DNA of 64,000 nucleotides from Epithemia pelagica (lineage: Eukaryota > Protista > Bacillariophyta), in assembly GCA_946965045.2 (NCBI GenBank), contig OX337236.1, positions 434,001 to 498,000 of the forward strand. Direction: 5' to 3'. This document shows, piece by piece, positions 60,683-64,000 of this stretch (within the stretch, counting starts at the first letter, position 1; each line of letters opens with the position of its first letter). The notes below the pieces were generated by a model, which did no database searches, was not told where the DNA came from, and worked only from the letters and a program-made list of their open reading frames with translations. A program made the translations under genes and the position numbers.

Positions 60683-63600
60683 TTAGTTTGAGCTTCCACG
60701 ACCTTCTCCGATTAGAATGTCCCTGTAACTTCTTGTCGTGGTCATTCCAAAGGCATTAAGACCGGCGTCTGATCCGGCCATGGCTTTTCCTTTCTTGTTA
60801 TCCTTGTTATCATGTGGTTGACTTGTGTCCCCATCTGTCTTGCTGCCGTTCCAGTATGACTCCTTGTCTCCCTGGTGGACAAGATTGGTCTTTGGCGTTA
60901 TCGGCATTGCTTCCGAATGACCAGCTTCCGAATCGTTCGTCCGTCGGTTCTCGTGCTTCAACACACTCCTTGGGTCCTCCATCTGGTCAGTTGGTGGATC
61001 CATTCCCATCACGAGGTTCCGCAACTTGTGAAACAGGTGTCCTTGAAGAGGCTTTGTGAAAAAATCCGCTATCATGTCCTTGGTTGGACAGTGTTCGATT
61101 GATATTTCCCCTTTCTTCACTTGGTCGGTGATATAGAAATAACGTATGTGCATGTGTTTGGTTCGTTTCGTGCTTGATTGACGTCCATTCTTCTCAAGAA
61201 GTATAGAACTCAAGTTATCTTGGTACAGCACATTTGCAGCGATGGAAAACCCTTGCGCTTCCAAGAACATTTTGGTCCACAATATCTGTGGAAGGACATC
61301 GTGCACGCCGACAACCTCACTTTCAGTCGAGCTACGAGTCACCATCTTTTGTTTCCAAGATCCACTGAACACTGAGCCTTTACCCATTGACATCGTTGCT
61401 CCTGTATGACCCCTCATGTTGGGGTGCACTGCATATGAAGCATCAATCCACCATTGCAGTTTTCCATCATCCTCTACCCGTAGAGTTAAAGGAAGCGACC
61501 GGGTTCCTTGTAGATATTTCATCATTCGACTGAGTTTACTGTAATCATCTTCGTCAGGGCAAGTTAGTCGCCCGCACAGGAAAGACACTGCTGTACGGAT
61601 ATCAGGACGACCCCTCTGACTGAGATATAGGGCTTGCATTACAAGGTGCACAAAAATTTCCTTCTTCTTGGAATTTAAAGTTGGTGTACCGTTCGTGTTC
61701 ACCTTGAACAAACTGCTGGAAGCGGGTGTTGATGCCACTCCTATCATGTCCTCGGGCATGTCATTGATCATATTGTTGATGTAGCTCTCCATTCTGATAA
61801 TCACTGACCCCTCCACTGAATAGTCAAGTATCATACCGAGGTAGTCGTGCACTTTTCCTTGTGATATGGTTAGGGGTCCTTCTTTCCCAAAGGTTTCTTC
61901 CATTTGTTGAATGAACTGATCTACGACTGTGCTGGACTTGTGTGAAACCTTGATATCGTCCACATGCCAGGTGACTGTCAATTGGCCACCACTGCACTCC
62001 TTATTCGCCACACACTCATCGTATGGGTTCACAACAAAACCCCATTCAACCAGTTGCTTGCTTAGCATCTCCCAAAATAGCCGAGCTGCCTTTAGAGTAC
62101 CGTAAAGGGCCTTGTCCAACACCACGTACAACGCTTTCTCCCCTTGTTCATAGCATATGTAGCCAGCATAGCATGGGTCAATTTCCAGTAACATCTCTAG
62201 CATTTCCCCAGTAAATCTGATGTGAACAATGTCGTCCATATCTGCCTGCATAAAGGCCCCTGGGACATCTACCACTGCAACGTCTCGTTTTTCTTTTGCA
62301 TCGATAGCGGCTGTTAGTAAAACCGATTCTGTTTTTACTGTAGGTGACGTCGAATCCTCTTTGGGTATATAATCGCGCTGTTTGCGCCCATCCGCGTATC
62401 CGCGACCCTTCACTTTGCCTGTTCTCTTCCTTTTCAGGAACATAAGATAGGCCAGCGCATCTCTTCGTTGTTTTGGTGTTAAGCTATACCGCGCGACCGG
62501 CCTCATAACCTTTCTGTCATGCAGTTGTCTCATCTCTTTCCGAACAGCGTCCAATCCTTCTTCGCCGAACTTTTTCAACCCCAACTTCAATGACATTTGT
62601 GGAGTCTCCACGGTATCTTCAACTCCTGCCACTTCAGCCATGACTGCACCATCCTCGTCCTCATTTTCTCGGTCGCTTGTGTCAAATTCCTCAGGATTGT
62701 ATCTGTGACTATAGTCTCGTGTTCTGCGGCTTTGTAAGCTGTATCTTCCTTCATTCTCACGGTTGCCACTTTCCTCCTCATCATGTTGTGACTGGTCATC
62801 ACCTTCTTCAGCCGCAGCCATCACTGGGTCATTATTTTCGTCCGTATTGTTCACGGACCACTCTTCCTGTTCTTCTTCAATCGGCACGTCATCCACGTCG
62901 GCGTCATCATCGATAGGGTCCATAGCATCATTCTCCGGCTCCTGTTCCATGACAACTGGTGGCACTCCTTCATTTTCCGCTACCTCCATTACGGGCAACA
63001 CTCCTTGGTTTTCCTCCACCACGGGCAACACTCCTTGGTTTTCATCCTCATTGTCGGCAATCTCATCCTCTGGATCGTCGTACTCGTCGTACTCATCGTC
63101 TATTTCGTCCATCTCGTTGGGGTTAAAGTCGTCATCGTCTTCGTCGTCATCATCCAAATCAAGAATGTTTGCCAGGTTGTTTCTGTCCCCGAACACAAGA
63201 CCAGGGTTTGCCTTTTGTTGCCGTGCCATCCTGTGCACCCGATCGATAACATCGTCAGGCATAGGTAGAGCAGTTGCGTGTAGTCGATTAATAACTCGTC
63301 CCGTTGAAAGACTGAGAAAATAATAACTTCCTTGGGCGTTTCCGGTCGGTCGTAGTGCGAGTGCCCCAATCGTCCTTGGGTCCATAGAGTTGTCGTGCTC
63401 TTCGTGTGTTTGGCAGTATTCCCCGAATTGATACTTGCAGTGGCGGCTATAATCTAGCTTTTGTCCTGTAATGATCGTTCTGGGACTTGCCTCTTGAGAT
63501 ACGCCACTCGCAATAGGAAACCCGTTCAGCCAGAACACAGCCGACTTTGCCATTTTGATGACTAGTCTCCCAGGTATTTTCTTGAACGGTAGTGTATTGT

Positions 63601-64000
63601 AAGTTGCCCGAATCCGCTCCTTCATCGTCCTGATGTATCTTTCCACGTCTCCAACGTGTTCGTCTCTCGAAGTATCATTGAGTGCGATCCCCATGTCGGC
63701 TAGAGCGCCCTTCAAATACGAAAATGCGCCATCCATCAGTGACGATTCCACCTTGAAACCGGCTCTTCGATATACCTGGCAGATGTGTTTGATTGCTTCC
63801 AACATTGGGCCTTCCTTCAAGCTCGCCATGGCTTCAAACCAAAGACGCGGAGCACGACAGTCTCCGTACAGACTCTTGTGGACTTGCAAAACTTTGTCGC
63901 CATGTCCTTCGCCATAGCCGTGAGGCAGGTTCACGTAGATTGGTTCCGGAAGACTGGATTGGACGAATGCGTTTTTGAAATCAATGGATGCTGTTGCCAA
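60683..64000 (-). mobile_element. Ty1/Copia element C (partial): foreign RT fragment fused to integrase core, acidic linker, RT, RNase H
   Basis: Integrase MDGAF...EHVGDVERYIRTMKER. RT VVDVPGAFM, ALYGTLKAA, TWHVDDI. RNase H WIDASY, TESEVVG, ADFFTKPL. The first ~55 aa are a second RT motif block. Confidence 0.9.

Noticed and set aside
62960-63040. 30-nt tandem repeats (ENQGVLPV) in the element C acidic linker
   Set aside because: Ordinary linker expansion between IN and RT.

Overview
Eukaryotic nuclear DNA, most likely from a pennate diatom. This is inferred from CoDi-type Copia elements, bipartite signal+Phe presequences, short GT-AG introns and Thr/Asp/Ser microsatellite-coded linkers. No rRNA, tRNA or CRISPR was seen. 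The window is a repeat-rich, fast-evolving accessory region with five parts. (1) A MATE transporter. (2) Four paralogous Kelch-propeller/coiled-coil/unknown-domain genes: one inverted, three in tandem with fragments of the neighbouring EF-hand gene, and one of those three a pseudogene. (3) A Crinkler-like REase+kinase gene. (4) A 15-kb nest of two very recent Ty1/Copia retrotransposons with identical LTRs and TSDs: outer 8003-23008, inner 14017-22400. (5) An EF-hand gene, a HECT E3 ligase, then a ~8.3-kb segmental duplication carrying an NTPase-REase gene, a DUF676 lipase, a GT61 glycosyltransferase and a DUF1399-mTERF chimera, and finally a third, chimeric Copia element running off the right edge. 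Most notable observations: Crinkler-type NTPase-nuclease paralogs with a plastid-type presequence and a hypervariable N-terminal segment; primer-binding sites that look like tRNA anticodon arms (Asn-GTT and Ile-GAT); an extra ORF upstream of gag in the inner element; an LTR ATG that restores the frame of the interrupted outer polyprotein; and chromodomain-like integrase tails. All family assignments are motif recognition by eye, with no database searches run.
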